A stretch of DNA of 64,000 bases from Octopus bimaculoides. Its lineage: Eukaryota. Where the stretch lies: positions 92,736,839 through 92,800,838 of the forward strand of contig NC_068984.1 in assembly GCF_001194135.2 (NCBI RefSeq), in the 5' to 3' direction. A program made the translations under genes and the position numbers. Below the pieces are notes generated by a model. It had not been told where the DNA came from. It ran no database searches and worked only from the letters and a program-made list of their open reading frames with translations. This document shows, piece after piece, positions 51,683-61,000 of the stretch (positions are counted from its first letter, which is position 1; each line of letters opens with the position of its first letter).

Positions 51683-54600
51683 CACACACACACACACACA
51701 ATTCACATAATATCTGTAGCATGGAAACTTGTAAAGCACCCCACTCTACATAATGCAGCCTTGTAGAATGCACATTGGAAAGTTGTTTCAACTGCTTGTC
51801 TATTGGGAGGTTTCCTTTTTGATGAAGACGTTCATGGCACTGCCTTTTGCAGCCCCCTAATTTATGAAGATCAGCTGAATTCAGAGGGCTGTCTCTCTGG
51901 CAGGCTTAAGTTTTTCTCTCAATAATTACTTTTGGGATGGAAAAAACCAATCCTCAACTGTGTTGCTACATCTACTCAGAATTGCAAATGGTTGCATCAC
52001 TTTTGAGCCCTTCCTGATTTCGGATATTGCATAAATGCATTAACAATACTCATATTTACTACATACCAAACCAGATATCGCCACCATTTATTACCTGGTC
52101 TCCCAATCAGGTAAAAGCTGATCATTTGACTCAAATGAATCTCCATCACCCATGTACTTGTTATAATCAAGGTTCACAAATGGGGTGCCATTTTCATTCA
52201 CATGTAGTTACAAACAGGTAGATAGAAATTGATTTGCTAGCAAATTTCCTTTCTGCCATTGGATTATTTCACCTCTTTTTAAAAAAATAATTTGCTTATC
52301 TTATTTCCAATAGCATCCCTTTCCTACTTGCAAATTCTGTAGCACATTTTGTCACAACTTCTAAATCCACTGCTCTGGTTATGGTATGGGAATGATAAAT
52401 TCCAAGCCACATCATACCCTAGGCCATGCTGGCTTACAATATTGTCCCTTTTCCCCATATTAAAATTGAATCCCTAGCAGTACCCAGTATTGACTTCACA
52501 AATCTTCCAAACTTTGGTCCCCCATTTTGTGGATTTTCCAGGCATGTACTGTCAGAAGCATACTTGACCTTTATATCTCATCAAACCCTCATTGATGGAT
52601 ATGTTTGTACAATGTTTTATATGCATTTTGAATGCAGTCGATGAGAAGTCTTATTTTAATTAAGGGATCAAAATTTAGTTCTCCACATACTGATGTACTG
52701 CTAGTGCCTCTTACATGTAGTTACTGTGATAATTTTATAAATCTTGTCCATGTCATAATACTGGAAATGTACTGATCTCTAAAAGGTCTGTTGCTGCTCT
52801 AGTAGTTTATTATTCTGGGTAATTTTCTTATACTCATAATTATATTGATTACAAAAAATGCTCAGATTTTGTCTAAGCAAATGAGAGACCACAAATTATC
52901 TTTTTTATCTCTTTTTTTATATATTCTCCATAATGGTTTGTTTCTGCAGCAATTATTTCAAACAAAGAGACAAAAGTAATAAAAAATATAGTCTAATGGT
53001 TTTTGTTGAGAAAGACTGTAACTAGGTCCAGTCTCTTCAGAAAAACCAGTAAGGAAAACAGTTTTTAAACTTTTACTCCATTCAGGTACAAATCCATTTT
53101 CTCAGTTGCTGTCTTGAGTTAGCTTTGGAATCACTGGTTTGACTTATGGAAGTAGAAATGTCTGACTTATGATCACACACCATGTGGTTTTTGTATTCAC
53201 TGTTTATTTTGCTTGATTTTTCCATGTCTTCAGTCAAAAATCCTTCAAATTCTTATTCACTACTTGACAACTTGAAACTGGTGTCCATTTTTCATCAGCA
53301 ATAAAAATTTTCAAAAAATTGATGTAGAAAACATGTGGGGAAAAAATCTCCAAAAATTGATAGAGATCATGCCAAATTATGTTGGATACTGTATGTTTAT
53401 GTTGTAAAACCATGTGTTTTCATGAATGTACTAACAAGATTTGCCCTGAAATTCTCATTTAAATAACTTTGTTACTTCAGCTGTTTTCAGGCAAATCAGT
53501 AACATAAGCCAAAAAAATTCTTGGACAGCCATAGCTGGGTTGGTAACAAGAGGGTTAAGGACGTTTCCTCTTTTAATAATAATAAACTCTGATACAATAA
53601 GAATATCCTTGTTTCCAGAGAAAGTAAGTTTCCTAAATTTCTTTACTCATTCAGTTTTCATTCAAATTCTGGTGATATTATTAACTCTATTCTGAGCCCT
53701 TGTTAGGCTATTAAAGTCCAGGAACTTGTAAATTGTATCACCAAGGAAAACCATTATCTTTTCATGTTGCTGGTAGTACCAGCATATGCAGTTCATATGA
53801 AATTTTAAGTGTTACTTTTCTGCTGCCTAGCTTCCCAGTTCTTATTTAAATTTTAGATTTCTCTTGCAGCCAAATTGTGTTAAAGAATTTGTGAATTAAC
53901 TTCAAAGAAATATCTTTAAAATAATTTTAAATTTTTCCAGTTGAAGAAAATACACAGGCTCTTGATTTTCCATTACATGAAGCTGCTCGACGAGGAAATT
54001 TGAGCTTTCTCACAGAATGCATAGCAAATGGTGTAAGTTGGATATTATATAATGTTTCAAATGTTTCAAATGAATGGTAATTTAATATCTTGCATATCAC
54101 TATTCAAATTATGTTTTTACAATACATCAGTACATGAAATTTATTTTTTGTTCTTTGGCAACTACAAAAATTTTGTCACAATGTTTGATTGTTCGTCAAC
54201 TCTGAAAGTGGAAGTGATATTTTACAATTACAAACATGTAGCAAGGAGATGTAATATAATTTTGCCAAGTCATAATTTTACATGCATTTGTGTAGGTGTG
54301 ATCTGTGAGATAGAGGTTGAAGCATTGAATCCTCTAACCAAACTTATGTGTTAAAAGGATGGTAGTTCTGGTGTGCATAGTAATTCACTAATTTATAGAC
54401 AATTTAGAAACAATTTAGTTTCATCAAAGTAATGATGTCTACATTTATTTTTAACCTATTTTTGTACACTGAATGTGAAAGGTTTTGTTGCATAATTCTA
54501 GTGTAGAGGAATTTTTTAACAACAAATGTACAAATGTTTATTTTGATCATTGCTGTTGCTTCTGCTTATATTAAAATAGTTTTATCAATATTCCTTTGCT

Positions 54601-57037
54601 AAAACGCAAAGTGGCTGTTTAGCTATGGTGTTAGTTCAAAGGTTGTAAGCTTGAATCTATGAAGGTTTTGTGTTTTATATGGGCATTAAGTAGTGTAGTT
54701 CACTTGAAAATAGATATCATCTGGGAATATTATATGAGATAGATTAGCATCCTATACAAAACAAGATGGAGCCATACCCATCTACCTGTTTATAACAACT
54801 GTAGAAGTGATTAAGAGAAGCAGAAGCTAGTAGAAAGAGTGAGAAAATGTGAGAGAAGGTATAAAAAAAGTGTTGAGACAAAAAAATATGCAATTGAGAC
54901 AATAAAAAGAATAGCAGAAAACACACACACACCGCTATTGCATATATAAAGGAAATATAAGAAAATGAATGTGTATGTGATAACTAAGATTATAAACCTA
55001 AAGCTGCATGTTTAATGCATCCAACTCTGACTATACTAATCACTAGTTTAAAGGTAATAAGGGATAACACTGAATACAAGCACATTAATATAGAGGACTA
55101 TTCATTCCTCTGGATAATGAATACTAGCCCCTATAATTTTTGCCATTAATGCAATGACTGAAAGTTTTAAATGGTGTCTATTGTCATAAACTGACTGCAT
55201 GTTTCCTGATATCAAGTCCCTTTCCTAACACATCAGGATGAAAAGTTTATGAGAAGAAACAAATTTTTGTACTTTTTCTAATCATTGTCATGTTGTAATC
55301 ATCTTAAACACAAATTATGTTACCTAGTAAGTAGGAACTATATATTGCTTGCCTCTGTCAGGAAATCTGAGCATTTTATGGAATCCCTTTCATAGGCACC
55401 CTTATATAGAACATCTGAATCTTGGTTTTTGTCAGTTGCCTATGTGCATAATATTTTTTGTAACTATAAAGTTTAGAGTTCCCTCTGATGCTTTTCCCAC
55501 ATATTTAGCTGGATCCATTTCCTATGTAACTCAAGGATATTTTGCCACTTGTAATCACTCTGCACTTTTGTTTTACCATTTTTACTGTTGTGTTTTGGGA
55601 TTTTAAAATAGTCATCCAGTTTTTGACATTTTCTATCGCATAACATTTTCCAAGTTCATCAAGTGCAACTTTAATTAATCTATGCTTATAAACAACTCAT
55701 TAACCATAGGCTGCAAAAATAAGGAGCAGTTATTGATCAATAGCAATTTCTGTATGTTGTCTATTGAGAAAATGTGGCAGGAGTGTTCTGTAGATTTGCA
55801 ATTCTGAGATGGAGATAGGTGTGTGTGTGTGTGCACAAGTATATGTATATATATATATATAAGGTGAAGTATATTTGCTACTTAAATGCGGCTGACCCCT
55901 AAGGGTGGATGTTACTGTTGCTTTTAGCCCCAGGAGAACATCTCCTCCAGCTGGCTATTGACACACATCTGTGTCCTGTCTGTATTTGCAAAGAGAAGTC
56001 ATCCTNNNNNNNNNNCAGGAGAACATCTCCTCCAGCTGGCTATTGACACACATCTGTGTCCTGTCTGTATTTGCAAAGAGAAGTCATCCTTCCCATCTTG
56101 ATCTGCGATACGTACGGACTCGAGTTTCTGGGTATTTACCTGTCCTCAGCATACGACAATCGCCGACCTTCGATACGAAAAATGTCCCGATGCAAATACG
56201 TATATACTTTTTCCAATGAAAATATTCACTGATCTCGAAAAAGTGATAACAAGCAATGTTAAATCTCTGAACAAGGTATTAGCAGTAACTGCACGACAAG
56301 GTGAAGTATATTTGCCACTTAAATGCGGCTGACCCTTAAGGGTGGATGTTACTGTTGCTTTTAGCCCCATGAGAACATCTCCTCCAGCTGGCTAGTGACA
56401 CACATCTGTGTCCTGTGTCCATGTGTGTAATATAAAAGTTAAAAGAAAGATTAAATGCTTTTTAGTCATATTAACTCATTTTGTTCACCTGTTTGCATAG
56501 GTATTACAATATCAAACATTCACTGAAACAACTGTACAGATCTATTTACATCCTGTAAATAGATATATGTTATATAAATGCATTACACCTATAATTGTTT
56601 GTCTCTCTTTCATCATTGATATCTGCTTGAACTTTGTCTTTCTTCTAGCCAACTCATCTGCTTCTGGAGTAATCTGTCCTAATTAAGAAGTTAGAATTTA
56701 AGAATCGGTGCCTGTCTATTTTACATTTTCACTAGCATATTTATGCCCCTGTGTGTATGTGTGTGTACTCACACATTAACTTCTCTAAATTTAAAAACAT
56801 TGCATAAAATAAATATTTATACAACTCTATTTTTTCCATGTGTATATGTTATATATAAATATGTATATCTTCTTAAGACTGTTACATTGATTCTGTATTT
56901 ATATTTCAATGATATAGGTTTCTGTAAATTCCTTGGATAAAGCTGGATGTACTCCACTTCATTGGGCTGCTCATGGTGGACATACTCATTGCATGGAGAC
57001 ACTTTTTAATGTCAGCAACATAGAAATTAACGTTCAG
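12961..57037 (+). CDS. OSTF1: OSTF1 orthologue, 5' part (5 coding exons; 3' exons outside window)
   Basis: join(12961-13012,31856-31902,42744-42858,53941-54032,56918-57037) = 426 nt, open, all introns GT-AG with matching phases (1,0,1,0,0). Translation [142 protein letters not shown] = Pro-rich N-terminus, SH3 domain, ankyrin repeats; collinear with vertebrate OSTF1 as I recall it ([41 protein letters not shown]). Confidence 0.95.
13410..13490 (+). other. 81-nt imperfect hairpin with TTAGGG-containing loop
   Basis: Arms 13410-13441 and 13459-13490: 26/32 Watson-Crick, 4 G-U, 2 A-C on the + strand; loop ttcggggttagggttac. Confidence 0.8.
14770..15945. repeat. Long inverted repeat / foldback element (arms ~14770-15125 and ~15615-15945)
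   Basis: Arms are reverse complements by eye, each with two copies of cttcggaaaattcacaagatccga-tttttccc; spacer ~490 bp. Confidence 0.8.
16888..17045. repeat. 78-bp tandem duplication (2 copies)
   Basis: Units start at 16888 and 16966; one mismatch seen. Confidence 0.92.
18240..18480 (-). mobile_element. SINE 3' portion, decayed
   Basis: Matches tail of the 23538-23946 SINE (cttgtttcagtcatt..gcggccatgctgg; accagcatcggttgtcaag). Confidence 0.75.
18560..19560. mobile_element. Penelope-like insertion with inverted 5' segment (RT on minus strand 18560-19150; GIY-YIG on plus strand 19150-19560)
   Basis: Minus: [49 protein letters not shown]. Plus: [10 protein letters not shown]...[11 protein letters not shown]. 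Confidence 0.8.
20163..20270 (-). mobile_element. RTE LINE 3' tail fragment
   Basis: (ATC)n-gtttaatgtctgctttccatgctagcatggg, reverse complement of the RTE tail seen at 29340-29372. Confidence 0.8.
20330..23228 (+). mobile_element. Penelope-like element with direct terminal repeats (~20400-20660 and ~22965-23228), internally deleted
   Basis: N-terminus [24 protein letters not shown]; RT start [15 protein letters not shown]...DPT...[15 protein letters not shown]; remnant [10 protein letters not shown]; terminal repeats carry minimal hammerhead motifs. Confidence 0.82.
23538..23946 (-). mobile_element. tRNA-derived SINE, near full length
   Basis: Head with A-box-like TGGCTGTGTGG (23944-23934) and B-box GGTTCAGTCCC (23901-23891), central (TA)/(TG) tract, tail ending (AGTAAAAG)n. 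Confidence 0.88.
23950..24297 (+). repeat. Hammerhead-bearing repeat family B, copy truncated by gap
   Basis: Reverse-complement match to 42110-42330; ends atttccCTGAAGAGAAGATTACATT just before the N run. Confidence 0.65.
26590..27222 (+). mobile_element. CR1/L2-group LINE ORF2 C-terminal fragment
   Basis: [32 protein letters not shown]...[12 protein letters not shown]...[12 protein letters not shown]...[10 protein letters not shown]...FKSKLD, typical post-RT region of CR1-group elements; stops. Confidence 0.78.
27223..29372 (+). mobile_element. RTE-clade LINE, 5'-truncated
   Basis: RT motifs [55 protein letters not shown]; 3' UTR; tail gttaaac(GAT)n. Confidence 0.93.
29576..31122 (-). mobile_element. 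Non-autonomous Helitron (~1.55 kb), apparently complete
   Basis: Minus strand begins TC at 31122-31121 (TCTTAATATATAAAG), ends with a decayed hairpin and CTAG at 29579-29576; inserted between A (29575) and T (31123), no TSD. Confidence 0.72.
30185..30322. repeat. Degenerate (CCCTAA)n telomere-like array inside the Helitron
   Basis: Roughly 20 variant units (ccctaa, cctaac, ccgtaa, cactaa). Confidence 0.88.
31856..31902 (+). CDS. OSTF1: OSTF1 exon 2 (start of SH3: [15 protein letters not shown])
   Basis: Acceptor ttactttcag|, donor AGA|gtaagt; SH3 first strand RAxYxY. Confidence 0.92.
32235..32700 (+). mobile_element. RTE LINE fragment (post-RT region), old
   Basis: [11 protein letters not shown]...TAVLHG...[12 protein letters not shown], homologous to 28440-28900. 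Confidence 0.78.
33205..33530. repeat. ~320-bp palindrome (arms ~150 bp, 17-nt spacer 33361-33377)
   Basis: Arms are reverse complements with scattered substitutions; each arm holds a hammerhead motif. Confidence 0.9.
33391..33476 (+). ncRNA. Type I hammerhead ribozyme (family B), sense to OSTF1 intron 2
   Basis: TTTCC-CTGAAGA-GAAGAT...ATCTTC-GAA-AC(ATGT)GT-C^-GGAAG: stem I 4 bp plus G-U, stem II 6 bp, extra CCTTGG/CCAAGG hairpin in loop II, GUC site at 33469-33471. Confidence 0.82.
33962..34275 (+). mobile_element. RTE LINE 3' end (5' part hidden in gap)
   Basis: gacctgggctgaggtggtgaggcaagacc...catggaaagcggacgttaaac(GAT)n. Confidence 0.88.
34750..37480 (-). mobile_element. Penelope-like element 3' part: RT-EN linker, GIY-YIG C-terminus, long AT-rich 3' region ending in a decayed hammerhead
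   Basis: [25 protein letters not shown]; [18 protein letters not shown]; [25 protein letters not shown]...KWEIL...LCLNEK...[13 protein letters not shown]. Attribution of the whole AT-rich tract to one element is inferred. Confidence 0.68.
38570..38597 (-). mobile_element. Helitron 3' terminus (second copy of the family at 29576)
   Basis: Minus strand CCCGG-GCAACG-CCGGG hairpin, 8 nt, CTAG, then T; shares ACTAGCAGTATA with 29575-29586. 5' end not located. Confidence 0.75.
39176..40060. mobile_element. MITE, second member of the GGATC-TIR family (contains gap)
   Basis: TIRs GGATCTTTCTGATTTGGCAGACACTA (39176-39201) and reverse complement ending at 40060; flanks catacctt / catacctc; internal sequence matches 12000-12590 in reverse orientation. 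Confidence 0.85.
40963..41650 (+). mobile_element. tRNA-derived SINE interrupted by an antisense RTE 3' fragment (~41117-41398)
   Basis: Head ccaaccacatggttctgggttctgtcc..., RTE (ATC)n tail fragment, then SINE tail tttgtctcccaacacc...gaaccaagtaaaag. Confidence 0.82.
42030..42115 (-). ncRNA. Type I hammerhead ribozyme motif (family B)
   Basis: Minus strand TTTCC-CTGAAGA-GAAG...CTTC-GAA-AC(ATAT)GT-T^-GGAAA; GUU triplet, probably from GUC by CpG decay. Confidence 0.72.
42744..42858 (+). CDS. OSTF1: OSTF1 exon 3 (SH3 core)
   Basis: Acceptor ttatttcag|, [14 protein letters not shown]...WWKG...GLIPSNY, donor G|gtaaga. Confidence 0.96.
44100..45302 (+). mobile_element. pogo-family transposase pseudogene (POGK-like)
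   Basis: [13 protein letters not shown] (Brinker-like DBD), [17 protein letters not shown] (CENP-B HTH), YTVVLAC...[47 protein letters not shown], acidic tail; frameshifts. TIRs not found. Confidence 0.88.
45429..48830 (-). mobile_element. RTE-clade LINE, near full length (APE endonuclease and RT), inactivated
   Basis: [30 protein letters not shown] (EN); [30 protein letters not shown] (RT); (GAT)n tail at 45429; stops and frameshifts. Confidence 0.94.
45506..45608. repeat. 20-bp tandem repeat x5 inside the RTE 3' UTR
   Basis: (gatggctgcacaaggcatct)5 gat, identical units. Confidence 0.95.
49025..49586 (-). mobile_element. Internally deleted Tc1/mariner-superfamily (maT-like) element
   Basis: Terminus CAGGGTG at 49586 followed by TA on the + strand; remnant [31 protein letters not shown]; left TIR very decayed. 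Confidence 0.55.
49599..50861 (+). mobile_element. mariner (DD34D) transposon, full length but decayed
   Basis: 23-bp TIRs TTGGGTCATCCCATAAATAATGC (22/23), TA on the right; motifs [35 protein letters not shown]; many stops. Confidence 0.92.
53941..54032 (+). CDS. OSTF1: OSTF1 exon 4 (linker and ankyrin repeat 1)
   Basis: Acceptor tttttccag|, [31 protein letters not shown], donor |gtaagt. Confidence 0.95.
55860..56415 (-). mobile_element. Retrozyme-like non-coding tandem repeat, ~352-bp unit, ~1.3 copies
   Basis: GGTGAAGTATATTTGC recurs at 55863 and 56300 (437 bp minus an 85-bp gap-overlap artefact = 352 bp); follows (TA)n; hammerhead at 56111-56155; no credible ORF. Confidence 0.75.
56111..56155 (-). 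ncRNA. Type I hammerhead ribozyme motif
   Basis: Minus strand CGTATG-CTGAGGA-CAGG(TAAATA)CCCA-GAA-AC(TCGA)GT-C^-CGTACG: core intact, stem I 6 bp (one G-U), palindromic ACTCGAGT, stem II partly decayed. Confidence 0.72.
56918..57037 (+). CDS. OSTF1: OSTF1 exon 5 (ankyrin repeat 2)
   Basis: Acceptor gatatag|, [40 protein letters not shown], donor CAG|gtttgt. Confidence 0.95.
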
Positions 57038-58019
57038 GTTTGTTAATTAAAAGATTATTTTTGCTCTAAAGAATTCTTTCTAGTTTCCTATTATTTATAT
57101 AGAAATATCTTTCAATAATGATGTATCTGTTTTCCATAACATAGGTTTCTGTCACTAAACTTCATAGTGGGACATTTAGTCATGTCAGGAAGATGCTGTT
57201 GATGGTGATGATGTTGATGATTTTAAGCGTCTTAGCATGCTCATTGCTCACTTAGCAGATCATTAGTGAGATTCCCCTAACTCACTGTCTCACATAAGAT
57301 CTTGTAGGCCTACTATGTTTCCTATATAAAACTCGCATGTGGTGTTCAGAGCTTCGTAGAAGCCTACAAGAACTATAAGCTAAGCAAATTGATTTATTTT
57401 ATTTATTATATTTTCTTTTTTTCTTCAGTCTTTGCTCTCCTTAAATATGTGACTGTTTAATTGTTAAATTTGGTTAAATTTTCTCTCTCTTCCTCTCTTT
57501 CCTTATGTGGTTGAATGGATATAATCTCTCCATTTTCTATCGATAGGCGAATAACTTCCTATCAAATTTTAATTTTCTCTTTCCCTCTCTGATATTATGG
57601 ATAACAGATATATCTCTATTGATAGACAAATAATTTTCAACTTCAGTCAGTAAACTTTGTAATGGGACATCTAGTAATGTAATCTCAACTGAATCCCTTT
57701 CTTATTCCCTTTTTCACTCCCACCACCACCACCACTGCAAAGGTGACTTTACTTTATGTGCATATACTGATTGCTTATGCATGTTTGTTTTCCCAATCAT
57801 GAGCATATACATAAATTATGGTTATATATCTGTGCACATATTTGTAATGTATGTGTATGTAAATTTACATTTATTTGTATGTAAGTGTATTCCCACAAAG
57901 GTTTTCTGGGACTGAGGGAAACTGGAACTGCAATCATAACATTACTTTTCACACTAGGCACAAGGACCAGCTGCCTCCTGGCATGTGACCCCCAAAATCT
58001 TTTTCTGTTCAGAAGCTGA

Positions 58020-61000
58020 AAACATCCCCCCAACCTTCTTCCCAAGTCTACAAGCTCAGATCTGCCACAGTCAACATTGGCACAATGAAAGGGAGGTCTG
58101 GAGAGATTTGAAATGCTTGAGCGGTGACATGAAGATGTATACTCTGTGCAAGAGATACAATGGAGGGAAGCCTCAGCTTGACAGCTTACAGACAGATATA
58201 GATACAAGTCTTTTTCTGGGCAGGCAGCAGTGATGGTCTAGGGAGCATGAATATTTTACTAGCAGAGAAATAGGTATATAAGGCGATTGAGGTAGTCAGA
58301 GTATGTCATAGGATTATTAAGCTAAGAATAGCCTTATTCATTGTAATAGTGTCAGTTATCTCTGCTTATGCTCTGCACACTGAACTTGTAGGTACTCAGA
58401 AGGACCACTTCTACAAGTCCTTTCTGAGGAGTACCTCGATGGTGAAACACAACAGTGTTCTCATTGTGGCAGGAGACTTCAATGGACATGCTGGAAGACA
58501 CCCCGATAGATTTCAGGGTGTAAATGGAGGCTATGGCTTTGGGTCTAGAAATGAGTAAACAAGGTTGCTAGAGTTTTGTGATGCTCATGGCTTATTAGTC
58601 TACAACACAAACTTCAGGAAGCTGCCAACCATTTGATCACTTACCAATCTGGTGGTCGCACTTTCCAGATTGACTACGTTCTCACCAGACACAGGGACAG
58701 GTGTATACTTGCAAATGCAAAATCTTTCCCAATTGAAGAATGTACAACTCAACATACACTAGTAGTTAACGACTTCAGGTTTAGGGCCAGAAGGATTCAG
58801 ACACAAGCCAGTATAGAAAAGGAGGTTGAGGAAGCTCAAGGATCCTTTAAATGGGCAGAGATTTAGAGATGTTCTTAATGAAGCCTTTGATGAAATGGAA
58901 GAAGTGATTGAGACATATGATGTAGTGGACAACTGGAAATTCCTACAAGACAATCTAATGAGAGTGACAGACCAAATCTGTTGTTAGAGCAAAGCCTCTG
59001 CCAGACCAAGGGTGACATGGTGATGGAACAGTGATGTTGACAGGGCCATAAAAGAGAAGAGACAGGTCTGGAAAGGATGGAAAAGTAGGGGTAGTAACGA
59101 ATCATATCTGAAAGCTAAAAGGGAAGCTAAATTTCAGGTTTATCCAGCTTGTGCAGAAAACAGAAAGGAAGAGGTTTGCCAGTGTCCTACAGCATGAGGA
59201 TTAGAGACTTGGGGTGTTCTGGATTGCTAAATAGTATGTTAGAGAGAATCAAGGTGTTGTGGAAGAGAAGTGTGTATGGATGGATGATGGTATTCTTGCA
59301 CTTAGTGATTTAGATAAGAAAGTGCTGTAGAGTTACTATGCAAGGCTATTGAATGTGGAGAATGAATGGGATAAAGGGAGTCTTCCTCGTAAACCCAACA
59401 GAAGACCAGCTATCCTAGTAGACAGCAGTATGGTAGATGAGGCAATTAAAGATATGAAAACAGGGAAAGCCCTTGGTCCATCTGGAATAACTGGTGTGAT
59501 GCCCAAAATATCTGGTAGGGCAGGATATAGACTTGTTACCCACATAGTTAATTAGGTTATTCAGGAAGACATAATATCCAGCATTATAGTTAGCTGCTAC
59601 AAGTATAAAAGAGATGTATTAGATAGAAGCAATTATAGAGGCATCAAACTTCTGGACCAGGTGATGAAAATTATGGAGAGAGTTATAGTTTCAGAATCCT
59701 GAGCAGAAGCACTGCTGATGCTCTTTCATAGTCAGGCAACTGCAAGAGAAGTATTTAGCTAAGAATAAACCATTATACTTGGCATTTGTTGATCTAGAGA
59801 ATGCCTTCAATAGTGATCTAGAGAATGCCTCCAACCATTGTGTAATATGGTTGTTTCTGAGGGAGATGAGTGGTTTGTGAAAGCTGTACAGGCCATGTAC
59901 AGGGACACTGTTAGTGTACCAAAAATACAGCAAAGAATTTGGTGTACAGGTTCATCAAGGCTCAGTCCTCAGTCCCCTCCTTTTCATCATTGTGCTCCAG
60001 GCCATAAGAGAGTAATTTAAAACCAGTAGCCCCTGGGAGCTACTATATGCTGATGAACTTGCCCTCATAGCTGATTCTACAGAGTGATCAACCGAAGTGT
60101 AGACATCTATTTTACTTAAATTTAATTATCATTTCTTTTCTTATTTCAAAAATTTAATACTCTTAACATTTAAGGTGGTATTAAAGCTAATTCATACTTG
60201 AAATTTAATATACTTGAAGCTAGTATGAGTGGAATTTAAGCTAGTATGAGTAGAATAAAGCTAGTATGAGTGGAATAAAGCAATTGAAGGGCTATTCAAG
60301 AAAGGAAAAACTCCTTGTGAGATTTTCAAGATTTTAAAACCCACTGTTAGCAGATCAGGAGTCTATAAAGTAATCAAGTGAATAAAAGGGACTGGTTCTT
60401 GCTTACCAAGAGTGAGAACTACTCTGCCTCAGCCAGTGAGAACTCAAAAGCTCATCAAAAACACCAAAGAAAAGATCAGACATAACTAAAAAAGAAGCAT
60501 CAGAAAACTCGCTTCAGAAGCTGGTACAAGCTAAGGAATTATGCATAATTTGTTGAAAAATGATCTTTAATTATTCCTATAAAAGATATCAAAGCACATC
60601 ATTTGTCTGAAGCCACAAAGAAAAAAAGACTGCAAAGAGCAAAGCTTCTGTAAAAGCTGAGAGATGGCATGCTGCCACCAATACTATACACAGATGAAAA
60701 GTTACTCAGTGTACAAGCATGCCACAATCCACATGGTCATATATATGCAGTAAATTAAGAGGACATTCCTGTCAAACAAAGATTATCCTTTTGGTGGCAG
60801 AAACCTGCATCATAATGGTGTGACCTCAAATGGCATAAAAACTCTTTTAATCTTCATTGAAGAGAGTGTAAAAGTCAACCAACATGTTTATTTGGACATG
60901 TTAAAGGATAAAGTAGACCCTTGGGTTATTGCAACAATGGGGGACAAAGGTGTAACTATCCAACAAGATGGTGCAACATTTCATACAACTGAAAGTGTTG

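Noticed and set aside
55931-56090. Exact 75-nt direct repeat either side of the 10-N gap (56006-56015)
   Set aside because: Identical and flanking a nominal gap: overlapping contig ends, not a biological duplication. Subtracted when computing the 352-bp period.
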